DNA of 63,217 bases, counting the filler, from Octopus bimaculoides (taxonomy: Eukaryota), in the NCBI RefSeq assembly GCF_001194135.2. It is 8 parts of 7 records of this genome, joined end to end, with 100 filler letters (N's around TTAATTAATTAA, not from the genome) between each part and the next. Parts side by side here need not be neighbours in the genome. Positions count along the whole stretch, not along the records: positions 38,251 to 54,758 come from NC_068995.1; positions 54,859 to 57,647 come from NC_068987.1; positions 57,748 to 61,562 come from NC_069007.1; positions 61,663 to 63,217 come from NC_068991.1; 4 more parts are not named here. The stretch is one strand, 5' to 3'. The notes under the pieces were generated by a model that saw nothing but the letters and a program-made list of their open reading frames with translations, did no database searches and was not told the DNA's origin. Below are positions 51,551-63,217 of this stretch, one piece after another; position 1 is the stretch's first letter; each line of letters begins with the position of its first letter. The translations under genes were made by a program, and so were the position numbers.

Positions 51551-51860
51551 CACACGTCATTCGCTGGCTTTTCATGACACCTGTGACGTCACACTCAACC
51601 ATTGTTCACCCACCGCCCTACCCCCACCTCACCCAACCCCGCCACCCTTTAAAGATACGTCAAAAGTCATTGTCAGGACAATGATGACGTCAATAACAAC
51701 CAATTGTATTTCTATTTATCGGTTCAAACGGATCCAGAGCATTTTGCCCGTTACGCTACATGAAATGACCTCCATGGTGCCCAGGACGTCACGTGAACAT
51801 TTCCGCGTTTCATTCGTCCAATCAAAGCGAACCAACAGAATGATAAAGATCCATCCAATA
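51551..51860. promoter_or_regulatory. Cluster of CRE, E-box, GC-box and CCAAT motifs
   Basis: TGACGTCA at 51584 and 51685; GGACGTCA overlapping CACGTG at 51784-51795; half-sites at 51554 and 51658; CCGCCC at 51613; CCAAT at 51700, 51818 and 51855. Confidence 0.55.
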
Positions 51861-53379
51861 ATATCTTACAGACGCGGTTGTCTTTCCGCTCGTCAAATAT
51901 TGTTCAACCAAAACCTCGGGGCTATAGTAGAAGACATCACTTGCCCAAGATGCAACGCAGTGTGACTGAACCCGAAACCGTATGTATGTATGTATGTATG
52001 TATGTATGTATGTATATATCTATATATCTATCTATATGTGTGTGTGTGTGTGTGTGTGTATGTCTGTGTATATGTAATTATTTGCAGGATCCAAACCTGA
52101 TGCAATTGATCTTTTTTCCCCCAATAAAAAACACATCTTAAACAGTCACAGTGAACGTAAGTTCATTTGTGTTCTTATACACACAAGCCTGCATATACAG
52201 TGTGTGTGTGTGTGTGTGTGTGTGTGTATTAGTCAAACTGCATCTGTAGTAAAGGGCACATGACCAACGTGCATTGGTGGTGGTGGCGGTGGCGGCGACG
52301 GCAGTGGTGGAGGTGGTGGTGTTGGAGGGTGTGGCTGTGATTGTGGCTCATGTTGGTGATATTGTCGTAGGTTGTGCTTTTGGTGTAAAGACAGAGGTAG
52401 CCGTATTATTGTTGTCGTCGTTGTTGTTGTTGTTGTTGTGGTGGNNNNNNNNNNNNNNNNNNNNNNNNNNNNNNNNNNNNNNNNNNNNNNNNNNNNNNNN
52501 NNNNNNNNNNNNNNNNNNNNNNNNNNNNNNNNNNNNNNNNNNNNNNNNNNNNNNNNNNNNNNNNNNNNNNNNNNNNNNNNNNNNNNNNNNNNNNNNNNNN
52601 NNNNNNNNNNNNNNNNNNNNNNNNNNNNNNNNNNNNNNNNNNNNNNNNNNNNNNNNNNNNNNNNNNNNNNNNNNNNNNNNNNNNNNNNNNNNNNNNNNNN
52701 NNNNNNNNNNNNNNNNNNNNNNNNNNNNNNNNNNNNNNNNNNNNNNNNNNNNNNNNNNNNNNNNNNNNNNNNNNNNNNNNNNNNNNNNNNNNNNNNNNNN
52801 NNNNNNNNNNNNNNNNNNNNNNNNNNNNNNNNNNNNNNNNNNNNNNNNNNNNNNNNNNNNNNNNNNNNNNNNNNNNNNNNNNNNNNNNNNNNNNNNNNNN
52901 NNNNNNNNNNNNNNNNNNNNNNNNNNNNNNNNNNNNNNNNNNNNNNNNNNNNNNNNNNNNNNNNNNNNNNNNNNNNNNNNNNNNNNNNNNNNNNNNNNNN
53001 NNNNNNNNNNNNNNNNNNNNNNNNNNNNNNNNATGTATCTAGGACTATATTAAGATTTTGTTAAGTTTCTTCCAACCATTTGCAGCTTTTTAGTTAAAAC
53101 AAAAACGTGGCAACCAGTTCGTCCTGCACCCACGAAATTTTTATCATGATGGCGATGGTAAGTGTCTCGTATTTTAAGAAAAATGGTTCTGCAATTTTTT
53201 GCTGAACATCCTGGACAAACGATTTGCTTTATAATGATCAAATGGTTGTGCCGCATATAAGCTCACTCCCTCCATTGAATTTGAACTCAGAACATAAAGA
53301 GACGAAATACCGCTAAGCATTTCATCCAGCGTGCTAACGTTTCTGCCAGCTGGCCTTAATAATAATACTAATATTAACC

Positions 53380-54290
53380 CTAGCTCCCTACTCACATCGA
53401 CCAATATTTATAACGTCTTACAATGACTAATTTATACTTATTAATAGTATCTGATAACTTACATTTAGTAAGACCAATACAAATATTAATATTTAACATT
53501 AACTAATATTAACTAACGCCTTACATTAATTAACGAACACTTGCTTAATGCTAATTAATGTTTTTGATATCAATTACTAGAATTAATACTAACTGATGTT
53601 TCATATGAACTTATGTAAACTAATTAATTAATACCAACTGTTAATATTAACTAACTAAAAGGCGGTGAGCTAGCTGAATCGTTAGCACGTTCTGAATTCA
53701 AATTTCTCTGAGGTTGACTTTTCCCTTCATCCATTCGGGGTCGATAAAATAAGTACCAGGTAAAAACTGGGGTCGATGTCATCGACTGTCCCCCCACCCT
53801 AAGATTGCCGGCCTTGTACCAAAATTTGAAATCAATATTAACTAATTCCTGCCAATTAATACTAAGTAATGTCTCATTTGGACATATTAATACTAATAGC
53901 TAATGTGGTCTAAGAAATATTAACTCATACTAATTAATGCTGTTAATATTTCTGATATCAATTAATACTAAATAATGAATACTAATCAACATTGGTCCTC
54001 TACGGACCAACGAATACTGACATTAACGAATGTCTTACAAGCATTTACTTGTTAATTCATGTGAGACATTTTTCGAGAATCACGTGCAGCAATACAAATA
54101 TCACTTATATAGAGAAATATTAAATAAGTTTTGCTAATGACTCACCTGGAGTCTTAGTTGTATTAATTAATACTAATACCAACTAACTAATTATGTGAAA
54201 TACCAAATTCTAATTTATATTAATTAATGTCATATTGATATTAATTTATGCTAATTAGTGTCTTAATTTCATTAATTTTAGCTAATACAA
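53380..54290. repeat. Degenerate TAAT/ATTA-rich tandem-like region interrupted by a SINE (about 53657-53830)
   Basis: Recurrent AATTAATACTAA, TATTAACTAA and GATATCAATTA blocks. Confidence 0.55.
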
Positions 54291-54373
54291 ACCATGTACT
54301 TTTAGATGGATTACTATTTGTTTTCCCCTATTCTAGAGTCACAAGGCTTGAAATTTTTATTGGGAAGGATCTA

Positions 54374-54668
54374 ATCGATTACATCGACCCCTAATAATTC
54401 ACTGTTGCTATATTTTCTCGACCCCGAAACGATGAAAGGACAAAGTCGTCCTCGGCGGAATTTGAACTCAGAACGTAAAGACGGACGAAACACCGCTAAG
54501 CATTTCGCCCGGCGATTCTGCCAGTTGGCCACCCGGGCAAAATGCCTAGCGGCATTTCGTCCGTCTTTACGTTCTGAGTTCGAATTCCGCCGAGGTCGAC
54601 TTTGCCTTTCATCCTTTCGGGGCCGATTAAATAAGTAAGAGTTACGCTCTGGGGTCGATGTAATCGAC
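54374..54668. mobile_element. Head-to-head inverted pair of family 2 SINEs
   Basis: 54374-54512 (minus) is complementary to about 54532-54668 (plus), with a spacer of about 20 nt. Confidence 0.9.
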
Positions 54669-54718
54669 TTCCCACTTCCCCCCACAAATTTCAAGTCCTG
54701 TGCCTATAGTTAAGAAAG

Positions 54719-54758
<40 letters not shown>

Positions 54759-54858
54759 NNNNNNNNNNNNNNNNNNNNNNNNNNNNNNNNNNNNNNNNNN
54801 NNTTAATTAATTAANNNNNNNNNNNNNNNNNNNNNNNNNNNNNNNNNNNNNNNNNNNN

Positions 54859-54921
<63 letters not shown>

Positions 54922-56212
54922 TGAATATATACCCGCATACATACATACGTACATACATACATACATACATACATACATGCATATATACATACATATCTTC
55001 CGCAATCACACATGATAATAAATATAGTATGAGACATTTATATACACACAACTCCCAATATTTTAAGGTAGTGTAAAGAGACGGTATAATAAATATCAAT
55101 GTTTATATTAAAATACTAGATTATAAGTTTAGGAAGTTACGTTATCAGGAAAATGTGATATAGATGAATAGTCAGAGGGAGCTGTAGTCAGGAAATTTTT
55201 CATGTAATGTAATTACGATGCCAACTGCATACGAAAACTGCATAGTGCATTATTTGACTGCATTATAACACCCTCGAATAGCTAATATTATAAACAAATT
55301 ATAGCAAATGTCAGTAAAGATAACAATGAGACTTCGATTCTTGAAATGGCTTCTTAGTTACAGGGAGAGAAACTGGCTCTAGAGTTAGAACGTTGTGAGC
55401 CGGTTTTAGAATAAGATAACTTAAAACAACACGAAATTGGAAACAAGTACACAAACTTCGCCCGTAAATACATTTTATAATTCAGTTTTGCCAGTGCTTG
55501 TATCCGCGCCTGCACTCATGATTTTACATTTACACACACACACGCACATACTTATATGTATGCATGTATATTCATANNNNNNNNNNGCATGTGTCGATTC
55601 CCATGCACAAAAACCACATGCGTGCAAATAGAGAATAGAGAACAACTTTCTAAACATGTTTGGGCACTGTTCAGCATTCTATTAAATTGATTGTAGGCCA
55701 TATGATATATTAAATATAGCAGCCAATTCGTTCAAGGACAGTTTCGATATAATCTATATATATTTGCCACAAATTGAATGATTTGACGGGTGTTTTGAAA
55801 AGGCCTCATAGCGAAGAATCATCTTGCTGATCTTTTCAACCTTTTGTTTGAAGCTGTATGAAAAATGATTAAAACCACACGAGAAGCATTCAGAGATATT
55901 TCGCACAGAAATCTCATATGGGAATAGAATCACCTAGGATACCTTACTGAGTAGATATGGAAAATGACGTACTATGATATATTAGTCTTTCATAAGGGCA
56001 GAGTCAATTGCGTTGTTTGCCTATAGCAGATGCCTATATAGGTCAATCTTTAACACACACATAATCATTCCATTCCATATATTTAACGTTGGTTGTCTGT
56101 TTGATTTATCAATTGCATGATTCAATCCATATGAACGTAATTATATATAAGTGTAAGTATATACACATACATTGAAATGTGTATATTTGAACATATCATA
56201 TATATGTATATA

Positions 56213-56275
<63 letters not shown>

Positions 56276-57583
56276 NNNNNNNNNNNNNNNNNNNNNNNNN
56301 NNNNNNNNNNNNNNNNNNNNNNNNNNNNNNNNNNNNNNNNNNNNNNNNNNNNNNNNNNNNNNNNNNNNNNNNNNNNNNNNNNNNNNNNNNNNNNNNNNNN
56401 NNNNNNNNNNNNNNNNNNNNNNNNNNNNNNNNNNNNNNNNNNNNNNNNNNNNNNNNNNNNNNNNNNNNNNNNNNNNNNNNNNNNNNNNNNNNNNNNNNNN
56501 NNNNNNNNNNNNNNNNNNNNNNNNNNNNNNNNNNNNNNNNNNNNNNNNNNNNNNNNNNNNNNNNNNNNNNNNNNNNNNNNNNNNNNNNNNNNNNNNNNNN
56601 NNNNNNNNNNNNNNNNNNNNNNNNNNNNNNNNNNNNNNNNNNNNNNNNNNNNNNNNNNNNNNNNNNNNNNNNNNNNNNNNNNNNNNNNNNNNNNNNNNNN
56701 NNNNNNNNNNNNNNNNNNNNNNNNNNNNNNNNNNNAAGGAAGAAGTGGGGAGAGTAGTGAATCAAACGCAGACATATAAATGTATAGATTGCTCGCAGGT
56801 AGCTGAGTAGCTAAGAATGCGTGGAGATACATATGTATATATGCATATATGTAAGCATGTAGATATGTTCGTAGATGTGTAGATAGATTGAGTGGTGTAA
56901 TTCAGAGAAAAGCACTTAAGAAGCAGTGAAGAATATAACTGCATTTGGACAGAGACAAAATTTGATGAATAACCGGTTGTTATTCAGGTAAATTCAGAAA
57001 GAGAAATAGTAAAGATAGTATAAATAAATACAATGAATTACAATCTATAAAGACGGTGAAGAATATAGCCACATAGCTAACGTCCATTGATGTAGAGATC
57101 TTCTTTGTCTGCATATATCGCTTTCTGGTCACAATATTAACTGTGATAATTCGTGTTACTTGTTTCTCCCGATCTGAGGGTTATGTCAGGACTAGTTTTT
57201 TGGCTCTAATTGAGTATTTTCCTATACTTTTTGAGTGTAACTTTGTAGATGGAATCTTTACAACAATCTCATGCATATGCACATGTGTGGTTCACACACC
57301 AACACACACACACAGCCCGCTACCGACATAAATACACACAGAGACACCCACCCACATAAATACAATATACGTATACATCTATATATCGCGCTCGTGCGGG
57401 CGAACCAGGTGGGTAGAGAGGGAGGAAGGGAGAGAGAGAGAGAGTGCGAGATGGAAGTGAGGTGTGGGAGTGAACATTTATTGCATTCGTTTAGAATTGT
57501 TTCATAACCTTGTTACTTATATAATAGATGATACAGTAACATTACCACGCACAAAAAATGTACACACATACACATATATTTAT

Positions 57584-57614
<31 letters not shown>

Positions 57615-59552
57615 CACGTATATATATATATATATATATATATATATNNNNNNNNNNNNNNNNNNNNNNNNNNNNNNNNNNNNNNNNNNNNTTAATTAAT
57701 TAANNNNNNNNNNNNNNNNNNNNNNNNNNNNNNNNNNNNNNNNNNNNTATATATATATTAATGTATATATATATATATATCAAAATATGCAACAAGGATA
57801 TCCAGTGGTAATGCAGTACGATCGTTTCACGCAACTCCATTTAATTGAACAATGCAACCATTACATCAATTTCAATGCAGAGCAATCCACAGCTGCACCA
57901 AGACATAGAATTTAATTAAATTAAAACAGGTGGACACATTCGTATAATTTTACCTAAAATCTCCAAGGAGTTAAGGAAATAGACAAAGAACATGCCGTCT
58001 TTACGTCCACTTAGAAGCTTCTAAGTGAAAGTGAAGGCAGTATGTTCTATTTGTTACTTTTGCCAAACTGCTAAATTTAGGTGACGTAAATGCACCGACG
58101 TCGGTTGTTAAGCGATGGTGGTGTTGGTGGTGGTGGTGGATTGGGACAAATACACACACACAAATATATACATATATACGGCGACGTTCTTTCAGTTTAC
58201 GTCTATCAAATCCACTCACAAGGTTTTGGTCGGCCCGCAGCTATAGTTGAACGCACTTCCACAAACTTCCACGCAGTGGGACTGAACCCGGAAACATGTA
58301 GTTGGGAAACCTATATATATAGAGAGAGATACAGTATTGACAATCCAATTATTTATTTATGTTACAATATTACATTAAATACTATGAATATAATATAACA
58401 TATATCAGTGTGTATGTGTGTGTGTGTATTTGTGTGTTCATGTAAGTTTGTAAGTATGTGTGTACGTGTTTTTGGTGTTATCATCAGAATGAAATTATGT
58501 TTCAAATATACCACCAAATCTTTAGTTTTGAACAGGCGTATTGTATGTCTTTATTTGCGTCTATGTTTCATATATTTATTTACACTTAGTGTATGTTATC
58601 TGCGAGCTCGCGTTTACAATGTGCTTCGCTAAGTCTCTATAATTGTTCCTTCCATGATCCTCCTCCTACTTTAGAATCGGAATCCGAAATTTAGTAGTTA
58701 TTTCCATAGATTATTTATGTGTTATTCTCTAATGTATTTCTTTCAATTTATATTGTGTGATGTACTACATTGCATATGTTCCTTGTTTTAAATATAAGGT
58801 GTGTCAATGGCGGTGCGATTGTTACTTTTATCACCACCATAACACTTACAGTGGAGAAATATACAGTTTTCAATTTTGCAAACGAATTATAAATCACAAT
58901 GCTTATTAGTAGCTTCTTCTCGTGTTTCAATGCTTTTCGTTTCTTATTCACAAGGAGGTTTTAAATTTTAGTATTTTTATGATATATTAACACTGTTAAT
59001 CTATCATTAAATGTACTTACCTTTAACGTATTTTGTGTTCAATTTCGCCATTTCCAGATAATGTGTTTATGTATTCTATAAGTTGTATAAATTTGATTTA
59101 TATAACGCATTTTACTTATGGTTTATCTATTGTTAATAGTTTTATTCTCTGATGTATTTTTGCGGTCTATTTATGATTATATTTTCTATGACTTTGTCTA
59201 TTAGTTTAATACAATTTGTGATTTACTTCTTGTTTTATTCCGAAGATTTCTCTATTTTCTGATTTGTCTCTGAAACAATATTCAAACATATTTCTGAAAA
59301 GGCTTTTTTTATTATTATTATTATTAATGTTTTATATCTGTGTGGCCTAATACAAAGTTTCTTCACGCAAGTATATCTGTTTATTTGTGTGTTCAGTGTA
59401 AACAGTGGTGGAATATATTAGTATATATCTCATAATTTATACTTAACAATAAATAAGAATATAGTTAGGATCTATATAGGTGTATATTAAAATCTACGCA
59501 TGTTTGTACTTATAGATATACACGCATTCACACTCATATACGTGTACACATA

Positions 59553-59765
59553 TGAGAGTGTGCTGAAAGTTCCTGGCTTTGGGTAATAGAAAATACAGGA
59601 GAATAATTTAAACATGATTTTATTCAACTTATTCCCCTCTTAGATTCACGCACATTTTGCAGTCCTTCAGTTTTTCTAAGACCTGTAAAAGTACTCGGCA
59701 GATCGAGTCTCCTAGCAGGCCTTTCGCGAAACCCTTAAAGACAGGAACTCTTCAGCACTCCATCG
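59553..59765. mobile_element. Mariner-type MITE
   Basis: TA|TGAGAGTGTGCTGAAAGTTCCTGGCTTT at the left end and AAAGACAGGAACTCTTCAGCACTCCATCG|TA at the right end. Confidence 0.8.
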
Positions 59766-60169
59766 TATATACACTTATGTGTGTACGTATTAACAGATGC
59801 AAATATTCATGTATATTATACACGTTTGTGATTGGTATTACAGGCATTTATGCTTGCTTATTCCAAACAACGTTACATAAAATCTTTGCTTTGCATTATT
59901 CTTACAGATTGCAACAGTGAATTTCGAGCACAAGCTCTTACTCCAAACTGGCAAACGCTGTGATATTTGGACAGTTTTTTTCTGGGTTTTTTTTTTTAAT
60001 ATTTGGTCTTTTCCTGAGATATTTAAATAAAGGTAACACTTTTTTCTGTCTTTGGTAAATGTTGGCAACTTTACTGTCTTCGTACTTTGCTCTTCTGATG
60101 CATTTGCACCCCTATACAAATAAAATTATTTTTTGAAGAATTTGTTTGGTGAGTCCATTCTTCGGTCTG

Positions 60170-60684
60170 AATAAAATAAAAAAAGCATCACTAGTGCTTC
60201 CGCCAGTGCATTGCCAAGTGTGAAAGAGTCGATCTTTCTCCGATGTTTTCTTTTACTTATAACAATGCAAAGATTTTGCTAGCATTTACTCTGATAGTTT
60301 CAAGAAGATAAGCAAATGCAACTTTGATCCACCATCTTGATTTGGTTTTCATGGTGAACGAACCCACTTTTGCTCTACAATATTTGTCTCTCCTTTCGTA
60401 AAATCGTACACTTTGTGGCTCGCTGGCTACTGTTTATTATCATGTTATAACAAAACGTCGAAGGCTGCAAAACGTTTTTATGTTTCAGCTTAGATGTATC
60501 AATAACATCTCTTGACAGACTTCCCTTTCCACTCAGTCCCCAGTACGTTTCATAACTAAAGTTTTCGAGGTAGATAGATAATACATACATATATATTTTT
60601 AGAGAGAGAGCGAGAGAGAGAGAGGGAGAGAGCGAGAGAGAGAGAGGGAGAGAGGGAGAGTGGGAGAGAGAGGGACTGACAGAC

Positions 60685-60736
<52 letters not shown>

Positions 60737-60810
60737 CACTTGACAAATCCCAAAGAACTGGAGCTCTCAATTTGCGTACCATTAATGTTTCACGCGTTGT
60801 CAAATATCAG
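60170..60810 (-). mobile_element. Decayed piggyBac-like transposase fragment split by a microsatellite
   Basis: ENFSYETYW..DTSK..KNVL..ST; KVYDFTKGETNIVEQ (cf. YDFTKGGTDIVDQ); TMKTKSRWWIKVAFAYLLETIRVNA; GNALAEALV. Confidence 0.75.
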
Positions 60811-61422
60811 TGGTCTGCCAACGATTAGCCCATTCCAAACAGTACCACTTGATGATATATGTCTAAAGTCTCACCAGCGGTGTATACATCACTTTACCAA
60901 CCCGAGACGAACGAGTTTCCTGTACGTTTATAAATGCATGAAATTCAATAGGTTCAGAGATCTAGCATACCGTCCGTGTGTTCGTGCGTTTTGTGGGTGT
61001 ACGATTATTTTTTAAAAAAAACCATATTGTACTGAATATAATTCGAAAGTAATACGGAATTAATTCATATTTGATTGATAAAGTAACGAAAGTCTAGCGG
61101 TGGAAGTTTGCGACTCTCATGGGAAAGGAGAGACCATTTTAAGAAATGTGTAATTAATCTCAATTAATTTATATACTAATAAGCAACAGGCAATATTCTT
61201 TGCTGCATACATTGGACATCTATTAACAAGTCTTTATACATACACATATCTATAAAAACACATATACATATACGTAAATTCAGACAAGTATATATATATA
61301 TATGCTCAGATGCAGACACATGTAGTCATCAGCAGAGCTAGATTGATGTTTGTTTTAGCCTTAAGACGTAATAAAACGAAGTGAGCATCAAAGTGAAATG
61401 TTACTAAATATTCTTTCTACAG

Positions 61423-61493
61423 TACACGTTCATTGAAATTCAACAAGACCGGTGACAGTGACTTCGAAGACCTGGCCTGCAAGATGTTGGACT
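61423..61493 (+). CDS. Candidate 71-nt exon, unknown protein
   Basis: Acceptor ttctttctacag; open frame TRSLKFNKTGDSDFEDLACKMLD; GC-richer than the flanks; the donor gtacta is weak. Confidence 0.2.
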
Positions 61494-61691
61494 GTACTAC
61501 ACTTGCTTGTGCATATACACATATACATCCACATATATATATAAATATATATATTTATATATNNNNNNNNNNNNNNNNNNNNNNNNNNNNNNNNNNNNNN
61601 NNNNNNTTAATTAATTAANNNNNNNNNNNNNNNNNNNNNNNNNNNNNNNNNNNNNNNNNNNNTATATATAAAACATACAGACACACAAACT

Positions 61692-61741
<50 letters not shown>

Positions 61742-63217
61742 CACAATCGTATGCTCTAAAGATAGTGAAAGTTTGACGCCTTAAGTGACCTGTCAAAATA
61801 TTTCCAAGAATTCCAACTACAGCATGGGCGGGGGCGGAGAAACAGAAGGATCGACAAGCGGCTAGTTATATGTTCGTATACATATGTGTGTGTGTATATA
61901 TACATGTGTGTGTATGTGTGCGTGTGTGTATGCATAGTGATAACCCAAAATATTAAAAAGAAAAAGAGCAAGAACAAGAAGAAGAACAACAAACTTGTGC
62001 ATATGTGCGCGCATACATGTCTATGTGCGTATACATATATATATATAGAGAGAAAGACTTATACACCTCTCACATCTATGTGTAAAGGTGTGTGTGTATA
62101 TATATATATATATGAATACATATATGTATTATAGGTACGCATCACTCCCTCTTTCCTTCTCTCNNNNNNNNNNTATATATATATATATGTATATATATAT
62201 GTATATATATATATATATTCATACATATATGAATGTATATATGTATGTATATATATATGTATATATATACTCACACACATATGAGACGAAACACGCACAC
62301 CTCTGAGTGTATGTGTGAGTGTTTATCTTATCTCACGTTTATAGATACACCCATACATTCACACACTCAGATACACACGCAAACAAACAAAAACACACAT
62401 TCACACTCACACTCTGTCTTAACACATCGGCAAAACCACACACACACACACACACAAATATAGATATATGTAGGTGTATATGTGTCCGTTATGTGAACGA
62501 GTACTTGCACTGGTTCTTCTCTGCAACGTATAATCTTCAAAGATTAAACGATTTTTATCAACATTCAATTTGGAGTCATTACTTATCAAAGTTTGAAAAT
62601 ATTTCTAGCTTCTCTATCTGGACACTTTGAACTTTTCACTAAAATATCACACACTAACTCTTGCTTTTTATAGACCACCGTGGGCCCTGATCGAGCAGAC
62701 CCCAGGGAGGTGGAATAGCATTCCAGACGTCGCTATTTCCGTCATTTTGCTATTTATACTGCTCCCCGCCGCCAAGACCAACCACGTCGATTATCTAATG
62801 AGTGTTTTAATTCTTAAGACTGCACAGGATGTGGAGTGTGATAGATTTAGCTGCTAGCTCACGCAGGTCAATTCAGGGTCGTTTTAACAGCATTATAACC
62901 GTCTCCAAAGGCGATGAACGCACGTAGTTTAATGGTTAAGGTATTACACTCATGATCGATTTCCATTGTGTTCTTCGGCAAAATGCTTCATTTTTATGTT
63001 GTTCCGGTTCACTCAACGGCAATGAGTAACTCTACGGTATAACTCTACAAGGGAAAACTTGTGTTCTCATTCACTTATACGACATGGAAACTGAGTAACA
63101 GGCCCTATGTATCCTAGGACTCGAGACACCGGTGCCTAGGGGCTGCTGCTGCTACTACTAATGATGATGGTGATGATGTTAATGGTGGTGGTGGTGGTGG
63201 TGGTGGTGGTGGTGGTG

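Overview
Eukaryotic, AT-rich, repeat-dominated DNA with many N gaps. The SINE families, microsatellite load and LINE remnants look like a coleoid cephalopod (Octopus-like); that assignment is inferred from repeat recognition, not from a search. Seven 100-bp artificial joins (44 N + TTAATTAATTAA + 44 N) split the window into eight segments that may not be truly adjacent. I cannot support any complete host gene: nearly all supplied ORFs are microsatellite or N-gap artefacts, and only a few low-confidence exon candidates remain. Well supported are a decayed transposon collection (mariner, piggyBac, Helitron-type, MITEs, RTE, Tx1/L1, R4/Dong, Penelope-like GIY-YIG, tRNA-SINEs), several minisatellites and long inverted repeats. 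The most interesting signals are (i) several hammerhead-ribozyme motifs with palindromic stem III, one downstream of a Penelope-like endonuclease ORF, (ii) a dense CRE/E-box/CCAAT/G4 cluster at 51.55-51.86 kb, and (iii) hairpin structures that could be miRNA or ADAR substrates. No prokaryotic system or CRISPR array is present.
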